Source: a virus (lineage: Duplodnaviria; Caudoviricetes). Taken from it: 64,000 nucleotides of DNA. A program made the translations under genes and the position numbers. Positions within the stretch are counted from its first letter, which is position 1; every line of letters begins with the position of its first letter. The notes below the pieces were generated by a model. It worked only from the letters and a program-made list of their open reading frames with translations. It searched no databases and was not told the origin of the DNA. Shown piece by piece: positions 36,789 through 44,662 of the stretch. Location of the stretch: positions 6,906-70,905 of the IMG/VR virus record IMGVR_UViG_3300032038_000064; one strand, given 5' to 3'.

Positions 36789-37366
36789 CAATGTTGAAGA
36801 ATTGGAAAGGCTCTGTTGAGATAAACGGCGTTCGTTATGAAAATATCAATGACGTTGTAAAAAGCGATTTAAGCGACTTTTCTCAGATACATATAGTTCT
36901 GCATTCAGCATCGAAAAACGCTTCTAAGAGCGTTACAGAGCGTCAGAGCATAGAATCTGTACAGAGTGTACAACAGTATAAAGTCACTGTTAAGAAGTAC
37001 ATGACGCAGAAAGGTTCTCCGTCGTTTGACTTCATGACAAAATGGAATAACGACAACCCGATGCCACTTCGTACAATGATAGGAACTGTAGAGAAAGAAA
37101 CTCGCGGAATGGTATATATGAATCTTCACGGAGATATTTATGCTGAGAAGATTTGTACGTGCATGAAGTGCGGGAGAGCGTTGACGAACCCTGTTTCACA
37201 GTTCTTTGGAATCGGTCCCGAGTGTGGGGGACACAACTACGTAAATCCGTTCAACAGCGATGCTGAACTGAAAGCGGCAGTAAAAGCCTATAGAATGCAG
37301 TTACAAGACATTAAGTGGAGCGGATGGATAATTAAATCGTCAATAATTGAAAAGGAGGAAATTTAA
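36782..37366 (+). CDS. hypothetical protein with DUF6011-like zinc motif
   Basis: CMKCGRALTNPVSQFFGIGPEC motif. Confidence 0.55.
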   Translation: MLTMLKNWKGSVEINGVRYENINDVVKSDLSDFSQIHIVLHSASKNASKSVTERQSIESVQSVQQYKVTVKKYMTQKGSPSFDFMTKWNNDNPMPLRTMIGTVEKETRGMVYMNLHGDIYAEKICTCMKCGRALTNPVSQFFGIGPECGGHNYVNPFNSDAELKAAVKAYRMQLQDIKWSGWIIKSSIIEKEEI

Positions 37367-37367
37367 A

Positions 37368-37607
37368 ATGATTGAAGTCACTATGAAAACTACTAAACTG
37401 GAAGGAACAAAGATTCAGTTGATGAGTGAGTTTTGTTGCTTGGTGAATCACTTAGTTACTAAGCATGATGATGCGGATGAGCCAATTCTTACAAGAGAGG
37501 AACTTGACCACTGCATTGAAATGGCTACGTTGTCGGAAGATGAACTCCATGAGAGGTCGGCAGACGCACTTATTGAGATTCTTGGTATGTTAGGCAAGTT
37601 TCTGTAA
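37368..37607 (+). CDS. hypothetical protein
   Basis: AAGGAGG RBS; 79 aa. Confidence 0.5.
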   Translation: MIEVTMKTTKLEGTKIQLMSEFCCLVNHLVTKHDDADEPILTREELDHCIEMATLSEDELHERSADALIEILGMLGKFL

Positions 37608-37620
37608 GATTTGATAAAGT

Positions 37621-37704
37621 GCTTCCGTGTCGGAATTGGCAGACGAGACGGACTTAAAATCCGTTGCTGAAATAAGCGTGTGGGTTCGAGTCCCATCGGA
37701 AGCA
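37621..37704 (+). tRNA. tRNA-Leu (TAA)
   Basis: Acceptor GCTTCCG/CGGAAGC, D-loop GGAATTGGCAGAC, anticodon arm ACGGA-CTTAAAA-TCCGT, long variable arm, T-loop GTTCGAGTC. Confidence 0.9.
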
Positions 37705-37712
37705 TTTGGTTT

Positions 37713-37804
37713 TGTTGGAGTAGCAACCACAAACACTTCGAGACTGCACAGGAAGTGATGAACTCCAACAGTAGCAAGACTTTAACCCTGTCAGTCTTGC
37801 TACT
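37713..37804 (+). ncRNA. candidate structured RNA or processing element between tRNAs
   Basis: Stems TGTTGGAGT/ACTCCAACA, CACTTC/GAAGTG and a 12-bp AGTAGCAAGACT/AGTCTTGCTACT. Confidence 0.35.
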
Positions 37805-37806
37805 CA

Positions 37807-37926
37807 CGGGACGTAGTTTAGCGGTAGAACATTGATTATGACGGTATCATGTTTGTGGTACAGACAGCATATTTTTCTAAATCGACTGGAAATCGAAAGA
37901 CGTGGGTTCGACTCCTGCCGTCCCGA
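37807..37926 (+). tRNA. interrupted tRNA-like element (Pro-like acceptor, about 48-nt insert in the anticodon loop)
   Basis: Acceptor CGGGACG/CGTCCCG+A, D-arm GTTT-AGCGGTA-GAAC, stem TTGAT/ATCGA enclosing 55 nt, T-loop TTCGACT. Confidence 0.55.
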
Positions 37927-37930
37927 CTAT

Positions 37931-38004
37931 AGCCCTTTCGCCAAAATGGTTAAGGCATCGCACTTTGACTGCGAAATGTGCAGGTTCGAGTCCTGTAAGG
38001 GCTG
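37931..38004 (+). tRNA. tRNA-Gln (TTG)
   Basis: Acceptor AGCCCTT/AAGGGCT, anticodon arm TCGCA-CTTTGAC-TGCGA, T-arm CAGG-TTCGAGT-CCTG. Confidence 0.9.
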
Positions 38005-38034
38005 TTTCTAAAAACTCAGAAAAAGGAGGATAAT

Positions 38035-38262
38035 ATGATACCGACAATTAATGTAGTGGAGACAGGGAAAAACATCAAGCATCTTATGATGTGTAATGGT
38101 GTTACTCCTACGAACATTAAAACAGTGTGCGGATTCTCAACTGTTCAGCCTGTATATCATTGGATACATGGTAGAAATCTTCCTACAGTTGATAATCTGC
38201 TCATTTTGTCTTATTTGTTCGATTGCAGTGTGGAAAGTATTTTAGTGTATGATAAACAATAA
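38035..38262 (+). CDS. XRE-family HTH transcriptional regulator
   Basis: TGKNIKHLM...VYHWIHGRNLPTVDNLLILSYLFDCSVESIL. Confidence 0.8.
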   Translation: MIPTINVVETGKNIKHLMMCNGVTPTNIKTVCGFSTVQPVYHWIHGRNLPTVDNLLILSYLFDCSVESILVYDKQ

Positions 38263-38272
38263 AGGAGGGCAT

Positions 38273-38479
38273 ATGAAAGATTTTAAAGAAGGTGAGTATG
38301 TTATTTATCAGGATGGCAATAGATATGAACTCGGAAAGATTAAACGAATCATAAACGGCAGTATATTTGTATATTATACTTCTGGAAATACTGCGTCTAA
38401 AACTTCTATTTCACATCTTCATAAACTTACAAATGCGTATGTTATTGGGGAAACAAGTTTAGGAGGTGCTATGGAATGA
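38273..38479 (+). CDS. hypothetical protein
   Basis: AAGGAGG RBS; FKEGEYVIY SH3-like. Confidence 0.5.
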   Translation: MKDFKEGEYVIYQDGNRYELGKIKRIINGSIFVYYTSGNTASKTSISHLHKLTNAYVIGETSLGGAME

Positions 38480-38730
38480 AATATGTGGTTGTTTTTGAAC
38501 TTGAAGGCGGCTATATGGATTGTGTTGCCGTTTGTGACAGTATGACTGAGGCTTATGGATATGCGTTTTGTGCTTTAGTTGAAGGGTTTGATAGTGACGT
38601 TTATGTTACAGTACCAAACAACAGAGAAGGTAATAACGGAATAGTCATAGAATTAAAAGACAAAACCACAGATGAAGTTTTGCAGTGGGTAACGATGTTG
38701 TTTTGTAACGATAGGGAGGTAACAATATGA
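38476..38730 (+). CDS. hypothetical protein
   Basis: 84 aa; AGGAGG RBS; ATGA overlaps. Confidence 0.5.
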   Translation: MKYVVVFELEGGYMDCVAVCDSMTEAYGYAFCALVEGFDSDVYVTVPNNREGNNGIVIELKDKTTDEVLQWVTMLFCNDREVTI

Positions 38731-39211
38731 CGGATGAAATGAGAGCAAGAGAAGAAGCAATCTGTAAGGTGGCAAAAGTCGATAGCATCGGTGAGGTGTC
38801 TGATGGATTCACACATTTAACGGACTGTATGAACAGAGAATGATTTTGTTTGCGGCTCTGGTAAAGGCATATAAAGACAAAGCGTGGAAATCATACAGAC
38901 ATGAAGATGGCGAGTACTGCTTTGGCGGCGGTTGGTTTATCGTTGGAATTGATACGCCCGAAGGCAGTTATACATACCACTACGAAAATAAGTATTGGGA
39001 TATGTTCGATTGCGTTGATTTGCCGAGAGCGAAGCACTGGGACGGACACACTGAGGCAGACGCAGAAACAAGGCTTATGTCGTTAAATCCCGAACTGCAA
39101 TACAAAACTAACTACGGTTTCATGTGGCTCTGCCCAAAGTGCGGATTACCGATACACAGTGATTATACAAGGTGTGTCAGATGTGGGCATAACAGAGAGA
39201 AAGGTGTGTGA
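38727..39211 (+). pseudogene. WDGH-motif phage protein with a 1-nt frameshift
   Basis: ATG 38727 with GGAGG RBS; adding one base at about 38810 joins GEVSDGF-HTFNGLYEQR to MILFAALVKAY...HWDGHT of the 38840 ORF. Confidence 0.55.
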
Positions 39212-39215
39212 CAAC

Positions 39216-39533
39216 ATGAACATTGACCTAGAAAAAGATATAGTCCAGTCTCTGTCGAGCCTATACCCTTTGCAAGAGTTTGAAGAAAAGGCAATCGACA
39301 CAGTTCTCAAAGCGATACCGCACTGGATTCCAGTGACGGAGAGACTGCCCGAAAGCAAAGAAGCGGATTTGGAGTATCCAACGGTGCTTATCACCTTTGA
39401 AAACGAAGAGATCATGCTTGGGTGCTTCTATGAATCAACTAAGGAATGGGGTACGGGCGAATACTTCGATAAAAAATGCAATCCTATCGCATGGATGCCA
39501 TTGCCAGAATATTACAAGGGGGTGAATACGTGA
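39216..39533 (+). CDS. DUF551-like protein
   Basis: WIPVTERLPE...IAWMPLPE. Confidence 0.75.
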   Translation: MNIDLEKDIVQSLSSLYPLQEFEEKAIDTVLKAIPHWIPVTERLPESKEADLEYPTVLITFENEEIMLGCFYESTKEWGTGEYFDKKCNPIAWMPLPEYYKGVNT

Positions 39534-39715
39534 AACCTTCCACATACTATCAGGGCAACGGACATAGCAAATACGGAATATACAACAGGCAGAAAAAAGA
39601 ATTTCAGTTTGGAATCTGCGAGGATACTCCGATGCTTGCAGAAGCAAGGCTATTTCAGAAGATTGGTGAGGATGCGAAGAAGTGGAGATTTGAGGTGAGA
39701 GAGGTGACGGAATGA
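39530..39715 (+). CDS. hypothetical protein
   Basis: GTG start with GGGGTG RBS; coupled to neighbours. Confidence 0.45.
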   Translation: MKPSTYYQGNGHSKYGIYNRQKKEFQFGICEDTPMLAEARLFQKIGEDAKKWRFEVREVTE

Positions 39716-39918
39716 GCAAACGAGAATTGAAACCTTGTCCGTTTAGGATACACGGCGAAAGAACTGCATCACTGACGGTAGCAGGCGAGTTCTTCTACAA
39801 CGAAACATTCATGCCGTGCATGGGTAAGGAATGTGCTTGCTTCAAAGAGGATTCGGTTGATGCGTACTGTGAAAGGAACGGCGCATTTATGCTGATGACG
39901 AAAGAGGTGACGGAATGA
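39712..39918 (+). CDS. Cys-containing phage protein (Lar-like N-terminus)
   Basis: RELKPCPF N-terminal motif. Confidence 0.45.
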   Translation: MSKRELKPCPFRIHGERTASLTVAGEFFYNETFMPCMGKECACFKEDSVDAYCERNGAFMLMTKEVTE

Positions 39919-40232
39919 GTCTCATGATACCAATGGAAAAGCCAAAGCGATGCGGATTATGCCCGTGTTTTCACGCAGAACATCCGATGCATTGTCAAGC
40001 GGTTAAAGCACACAAAGATAAAAGGATCATAGCACCATACGGTGCGCCAATACCAGACTGGTGTCCACTCATCGACATTCCCACTCCGCACGGACGGCTG
40101 ATAGCCGAAAAAACAATCACGGAAATTAGATACCACGATGCTGATGGTTATCATATAGTCAACGGCGAGCAGTTGTGCGAGTTAGAAATTGATGCACCGA
40201 CAGTAATCGAAGCGGAAGGAGAGACAGAATGA
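39915..40232 (+). CDS. hypothetical protein
   Basis: MEKPKRCGLCP...PDWCPLIDIPTPHGRLI...IDAPTVIEAE. Confidence 0.55.
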   Translation: MSLMIPMEKPKRCGLCPCFHAEHPMHCQAVKAHKDKRIIAPYGAPIPDWCPLIDIPTPHGRLIAEKTITEIRYHDADGYHIVNGEQLCELEIDAPTVIEAEGETE

Positions 40233-40633
40233 TTTTAACAATTATCGCAATGTTGATGATTCCTGTTGGAGTTTTGATGGTTCACAAAGATAAGTACGAG
40301 GGCGTTGTCTATGGGATAGGACTTCTGCTCACTGTATGCGGTGGGCTTATAGCGTTTATTATGGCAATCTGCATCATCTGCGCCCATGTGGGAGTGGATG
40401 CACAAATCGAGGAAAACAGGATCGAATATGAATCGCTCTGCCAGAGATATGAAATTGTTACGTCAGAGTATGAGGATGTATCAAAGTCGGATGTGATTAA
40501 GGACATAGCTGAGTGGAACAAGGACGTCTACAGTTACAAGCATTGGGCAAATAACCCTTGGACGAGTTGGTTTTACTCTAAGCGAGTTGCGGATGATATG
40601 AAGATGATTGAGATGGAAGGGAGCGAGACATGA
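40229..40633 (+). CDS. membrane protein
   Basis: Two N-terminal TM helices, soluble C-terminus. Confidence 0.55.
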   Translation: MILTIIAMLMIPVGVLMVHKDKYEGVVYGIGLLLTVCGGLIAFIMAICIICAHVGVDAQIEENRIEYESLCQRYEIVTSEYEDVSKSDVIKDIAEWNKDVYSYKHWANNPWTSWFYSKRVADDMKMIEMEGSET

Positions 40634-40803
40634 CCATCGTAGACGTTACCAAAGAAAACGAATGTTGTTGCTCATGTATCCATAACAAGCGCACATTCAT
40701 CAAGGATTATTATTGTACCTGCACTTGCGAACTGGACGGGCACTACATCGGTTATGTGGCAAATTTTGAATCTGTTTGTGAGGAATGGAAGGGGGAGACA
40801 TGA
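40630..40803 (+). CDS. small Cys-rich protein (57 aa, not in ORF track)
   Basis: CCCSCIH...CTCTC...C; ATGA overlaps on both sides. Confidence 0.45.
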   Translation: MTIVDVTKENECCCSCIHNKRTFIKDYYCTCTCELDGHYIGYVANFESVCEEWKGET

Positions 40804-41480
40804 GTAAGTACATCATCGAGTTAGATGAGAACGCCAAAGAGGTGGTAGTAATATCCCTTGAAGATGGGGACATGTGGACGGAAACAATGGAAGTCGAGGA
40901 CCTTGAGCAGTTGAACTCCGACTACATCAACGAGCATTTCGGAGATCTGCAAGATGATGCGTACAATAAAGGCTATGCCCAGTGCCAAGATGATTATGGC
41001 GATGCACTTAAACACGCAAAAGACACGGCATACAAGAAAGGCCTGCATGATGGTGAATCTAAGTGCGGATACTGTAACGAATATCAGCGGGGTCTTAACG
41101 AAGCATGGGAGGCGGCAAGGAAGATTGTTTGCGATGAAGAGTTGGATTGGAACACACTTTTACATCTTTTCAACAGAGGCAATTTTGAGGGCATCTTTGG
41201 AGGCTTTTCTCCATCCGAGGCAATCGCCAAGCTGAAATCGTACAAAGAGAAGCAGAAGGCAGAGGACAAGATAAAGGTCGGGGATGAGGTCGAGTGGGAT
41301 AATGACTTCACTGGTGACCGCTTCATCGTAACCCGAATCTATCAGCCATACGGTAAAAAAGAGCAGTGCGACGGAATAGACGATGATGGAGATGTGTACA
41401 GAGCGGTGCTCATCGAAAGCCTCGTCAAAACAGGCAGACACTTCGACATCGCATCAATACTGGAGGACATGAAAAAATGA
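40800..41480 (+). CDS. hypothetical protein
   Basis: AYNKGY/AYKKGLHDG/EYQRGLNEAW repeats and a C-terminal IKVGDEV SH3-like domain. Confidence 0.6.
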   Translation: MSKYIIELDENAKEVVVISLEDGDMWTETMEVEDLEQLNSDYINEHFGDLQDDAYNKGYAQCQDDYGDALKHAKDTAYKKGLHDGESKCGYCNEYQRGLNEAWEAARKIVCDEELDWNTLLHLFNRGNFEGIFGGFSPSEAIAKLKSYKEKQKAEDKIKVGDEVEWDNDFTGDRFIVTRIYQPYGKKEQCDGIDDDGDVYRAVLIESLVKTGRHFDIASILEDMKK

Positions 41481-41791
41481 GTGAATTAAAATTTGATTGG
41501 AGATGGAAAGACTATGGATTAAGAGCAACTCCGAAACGCTTAATAAGATTTGATAACGATGAATCGAATGAGACCATAGATTTTATAAAGTATTTCAGAT
41601 ATGGCAATGAAGAGAGATGTTACTCTATAGGATATTTTTATTATAATGAGCATGAGCCGTGTTGGGAGTTAAAGTTTGTCGGAGATAGATTTAAAGAAAT
41701 ATCATCTGAGGACTTATCAGTAGTTTGGAAATATCTATTAGCCGCATATGATGTTCTTACGGAGTGGAAACATAGTGAACAAGACATATGA
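41477..41791 (+). CDS. hypothetical protein
   Basis: 104 aa; GGAGG RBS. Confidence 0.5.
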   Translation: MSELKFDWRWKDYGLRATPKRLIRFDNDESNETIDFIKYFRYGNEERCYSIGYFYYNEHEPCWELKFVGDRFKEISSEDLSVVWKYLLAAYDVLTEWKHSEQDI

Positions 41792-42134
41792 ATTATTTAG
41801 TGGACAAGAATTAGTAATTGCTGAAAAGATACAGCAAAGGAGATTACAAATTCTTGTCCATTCTTGTATTTATTATGAATTAAACGGAAGTACAATATCT
41901 GATAAGCAGTGGGATACATGGGCAAAAGAATTAGTAACGTTACAGAAGCAGTTTCCCCACATAGCAGAAAAAGTCGTTTGGAATAGCGACTTTGTAGACT
42001 TTGACGCTACAACAGGATTTAATCTGCCGATTAAAGATGAGTGGGTAATGAAAAAAGCGAGACAATTATCTGGTATTGTTATTAAGCAAAAGCCCAAGCC
42101 AGTGAAAAAAGTAAAGAAAGGAAGATTGTTTTGA
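41775..42134 (+). CDS. stand-alone NAD-dependent DNA ligase domain Ia-like protein
   Basis: RRLQILVHSCIYYELNGSTISDKQWDTWAKELVTLQKQFP resembles LigA Ia (H...YY..D.P.ISD.EYD.L..EL..LE..YP). Confidence 0.6.
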   Translation: MNKTYELFSGQELVIAEKIQQRRLQILVHSCIYYELNGSTISDKQWDTWAKELVTLQKQFPHIAEKVVWNSDFVDFDATTGFNLPIKDEWVMKKARQLSGIVIKQKPKPVKKVKKGRLF

Positions 42135-42316
42135 CAAAGAAGCCGAGAGTATATATAGAAGATTTTGAAATGCCGAAATGTTGTAAAGAGTGTCCCGCAG
42201 TAATGTATTGGGAGTATGATAATGAAACATCGTGTAAGTTATCCGGTCGTTTTTTATGGAACGCAACACCGAATAAGACTAGACATCCAAATTGTCCTCT
42301 CAAAGTTCAGCAGTAA
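42131..42316 (+). CDS. small Cys-rich protein
   Basis: EMPKCCKECP...RHPNCPL. Confidence 0.5.
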   Translation: MTKKPRVYIEDFEMPKCCKECPAVMYWEYDNETSCKLSGRFLWNATPNKTRHPNCPLKVQQ

Positions 42317-42322
42317 TATTAG

Positions 42323-42351
42323 TTGACGTATTAGTTATAATGTAGTACAAT
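42323..42351 (+). promoter_or_regulatory. sigma-A type promoter
   Basis: TTGACG-N17-TACAAT followed by ATTA. Confidence 0.7.
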
Positions 42352-42404
42352 ATTAGAGTAGTAGATAACTATAAATACTGTATAACTTAGAGAGGAGAGA
42401 AACT

Positions 42405-42632
42405 ATGACACTTGTTGAACTTCACAGCATTATGGGAGACAGAATCAAAGTTACACTCAGAGAAGATGTTACACCTGAGGAGCGCACCATTGAGAATGAG
42501 CAGACAAAAATTATCATTGGCGTAGCAAAGCAGATGATTAATAACGGCAAGTTGATTCTTGAATATGAGAAAGCACTTGCACAGGCAAAGACACTTCAGA
42601 AGTCAGTTCTTGCGGACATTATCGGAGAGTAA
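42405..42632 (+). CDS. hypothetical protein (partner of the downstream HNH-like gene)
   Basis: GAGGAG RBS; ENEQTKIIIGVAKQMINNGKLILE. Confidence 0.55.
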   Translation: MTLVELHSIMGDRIKVTLREDVTPEERTIENEQTKIIIGVAKQMINNGKLILEYEKALAQAKTLQKSVLADIIGE

Positions 42633-42633
42633 T

Positions 42634-43446
42634 ATGAACAGAAGTAAAGTCGGCACAAGAACTCCGAGAGTCTATACTGAAGAAATGCAGAGATGGATAC
42701 TAGATAATGCTGACACAGGAGTATTTAAGAGTCAGAAGAATTTTACCGATGTATTTAATGCGATTCATGGCACTGCAATATCATATGCGGCAATGAACAC
42801 TTATTTGTATAGACATGGTATAGTTGTTAAGACTAAGAATAATACAAGTGCTTATACGGAAGAAATGAATAATTGGTTTGTCGCTAATTATCCTAAGTAT
42901 GATAACGATTGGGTTACGCTTGCACGAGATTTTAATTCAGAGTTTTGTACTGACTTTACTTCAACCCGACTTTGCAAGCATTGTGAGAGAAAATTAAAAA
43001 TCCATAATCCTAAGTCAAAGAAAGGTCGAATAAATAAAGGCACTTTTCAGAAAGGTAACAAAGGCGCATCAACAGACAGACAAGCGCCGATAGGTACAAT
43101 CAGAACATACAGTTCTAGCACATCGAAGATACTATACGTCAAAGTAAAACTTGCTGACGGTGATTCTAGTGCAAGGGGACATAATTATAGAAGACCTTGG
43201 TGGATACCATTAAAAGAAAAAGTGTGGATTGATGCACATGGCGAGATACCTGATGGATGTAGCGTAGTTCAGTTAGACAGAGATTATAAAAATTGTAATC
43301 TTGATAATCTTGCACTAGCAGATAAGCGAGGATTAGCAATAATGATGAGTCATAAATGGTGGTCTGAGAACAGCAAGTTTAACGCAACTGGTATTCAGTG
43401 GTGCAATCTTTATATGACAGCAAAAGATAATGGAGTTTTAGCGTGA
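42634..43446 (+). CDS. degenerate HNH-3-like protein with N-terminal repeated helical domains
   Basis: Two YTEEM..W repeats; PIGTIR; VWIDAHGEIPDGCSVVQLDRDYKNCNLDNL (HNH core lacking the canonical His residues). Confidence 0.55.
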   Translation: MNRSKVGTRTPRVYTEEMQRWILDNADTGVFKSQKNFTDVFNAIHGTAISYAAMNTYLYRHGIVVKTKNNTSAYTEEMNNWFVANYPKYDNDWVTLARDFNSEFCTDFTSTRLCKHCERKLKIHNPKSKKGRINKGTFQKGNKGASTDRQAPIGTIRTYSSSTSKILYVKVKLADGDSSARGHNYRRPWWIPLKEKVWIDAHGEIPDGCSVVQLDRDYKNCNLDNLALADKRGLAIMMSHKWWSENSKFNATGIQWCNLYMTAKDNGVLA

Positions 43447-43775
43447 ATACAAGATATTACAGTGGTAGACAAGAGAAAAAAGTAGCAAAAGCAGTCAAGG
43501 GTAGAAAGACTGCGAACAGCGGTGCAACAGCATTTAGTAAAGGCGATGTTATTACAGACCAGTTTTTGATTGAATGCAAGACAAAAACTAAGGATTGCAA
43601 TTCTTTTACAATCAAAGAAGAGTGGTTGTTAAAGAATGAAGAAGAAGCATTCGCAATGGGCAAGAATAATTCAGCACTTGTTTTTGACTTTGGTCCTAGT
43701 GCAAATAAGCGTTACTACGTTATTTCAGAGAGGTTGTTTCAGTTGTTACAAAAGTATTTGGAGGAGGATGTATGA
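43443..43775 (+). CDS. Hjc-like Holliday junction resolvase / PD-(D/E)xK nuclease
   Basis: QEKKVAK...SGATAFSKGDV...IECKT. Confidence 0.75.
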   Translation: MNTRYYSGRQEKKVAKAVKGRKTANSGATAFSKGDVITDQFLIECKTKTKDCNSFTIKEEWLLKNEEEAFAMGKNNSALVFDFGPSANKRYYVISERLFQLLQKYLEEDV

Positions 43776-44086
43776 AACTAACTAGAGAAGAGGCATTGAA
43801 GTATCACCGTCAGATGTGGACTGATATGCAGAAAGAATTGGGAGATAAGCCGCAGAGTGGTAAGCGAGTGTTGTTTAAGGAAAAGTGGTGTGAAGAGCAT
43901 TTTCCGGATGAAGATATAGAGGCAGATTGCTTTCTATGTGAGTATTTAAATACTAGCGGCTGTAACTGTAATCGCGGACGAGATTGTTTGATTGTTTGGC
44001 CCTATGGTGGTTGCACTGCGCATAATTATTATTATGATGCGCCTATTTCAGAGATTCTTGCACTTCCGGAAAGAGAGGTAGAATGA
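43772..44086 (+). CDS. Cys-rich hypothetical protein
   Basis: CFLCEY...CNC...C; GGAGG RBS. Confidence 0.5.
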   Translation: MKLTREEALKYHRQMWTDMQKELGDKPQSGKRVLFKEKWCEEHFPDEDIEADCFLCEYLNTSGCNCNRGRDCLIVWPYGGCTAHNYYYDAPISEILALPEREVE

Positions 44087-44442
44087 TGACATTACAAGAG
44101 CAGATGATTGCCGCTAATGTTCGTAATTGGCTGTCTGACTTAGCAATCGGTGCAAAGGCAACTGCAACATCAGTTCGTTTTGCAGTTTGTAATGAAGAAA
44201 ATGCCTATGGGCATGAAGCATCTGTGTACGATGATGGTATTAGAGATGATATTCCTACCGTACATGTGCATCGGCTCAAAGAACTTGCAAAAGCGGCAGA
44301 ATTAGATGTGCAATATAGGACGTTCACAAAAGACGAATATTATTATAGGTCTTTTAGTGGAGAGTATTTTATAGTATTCAATGGTGTAAAGTTTTCAGAT
44401 ATGAGATTACGAAAGGGATATAAATACAATGAAGGGAAGTAA
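44083..44442 (+). CDS. hypothetical protein
   Basis: 119 aa; ATGA coupling. Confidence 0.5.
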   Translation: MMTLQEQMIAANVRNWLSDLAIGAKATATSVRFAVCNEENAYGHEASVYDDGIRDDIPTVHVHRLKELAKAAELDVQYRTFTKDEYYYRSFSGEYFIVFNGVKFSDMRLRKGYKYNEGK

Positions 44443-44662
44443 AGTGCGTATTTTAGAGCATTTTGAAAAGCAGAATACACTTACAAGTATGGAGGCATTT
44501 CAGAAATATGGTATCACAAGATTAGCGGCAAGAATCAGTGACTTGCGACATTTGGGATATGCTATTGATACTGTAATGGCTGAGAGTACAAATAGATATG
44601 GGGAGCGTGTTCGATTTGCAAATTATGTATATAGAGGAAGGATTTTAGACGATGGCGAGTAA
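44429..44662 (+). CDS. winged-helix protein (HTH_39-like)
   Basis: LTSMEAFQKYGITRLAARISDLRHLGYAI. Confidence 0.75.
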   Translation: MKGSKVRILEHFEKQNTLTSMEAFQKYGITRLAARISDLRHLGYAIDTVMAESTNRYGERVRFANYVYRGRILDDGE

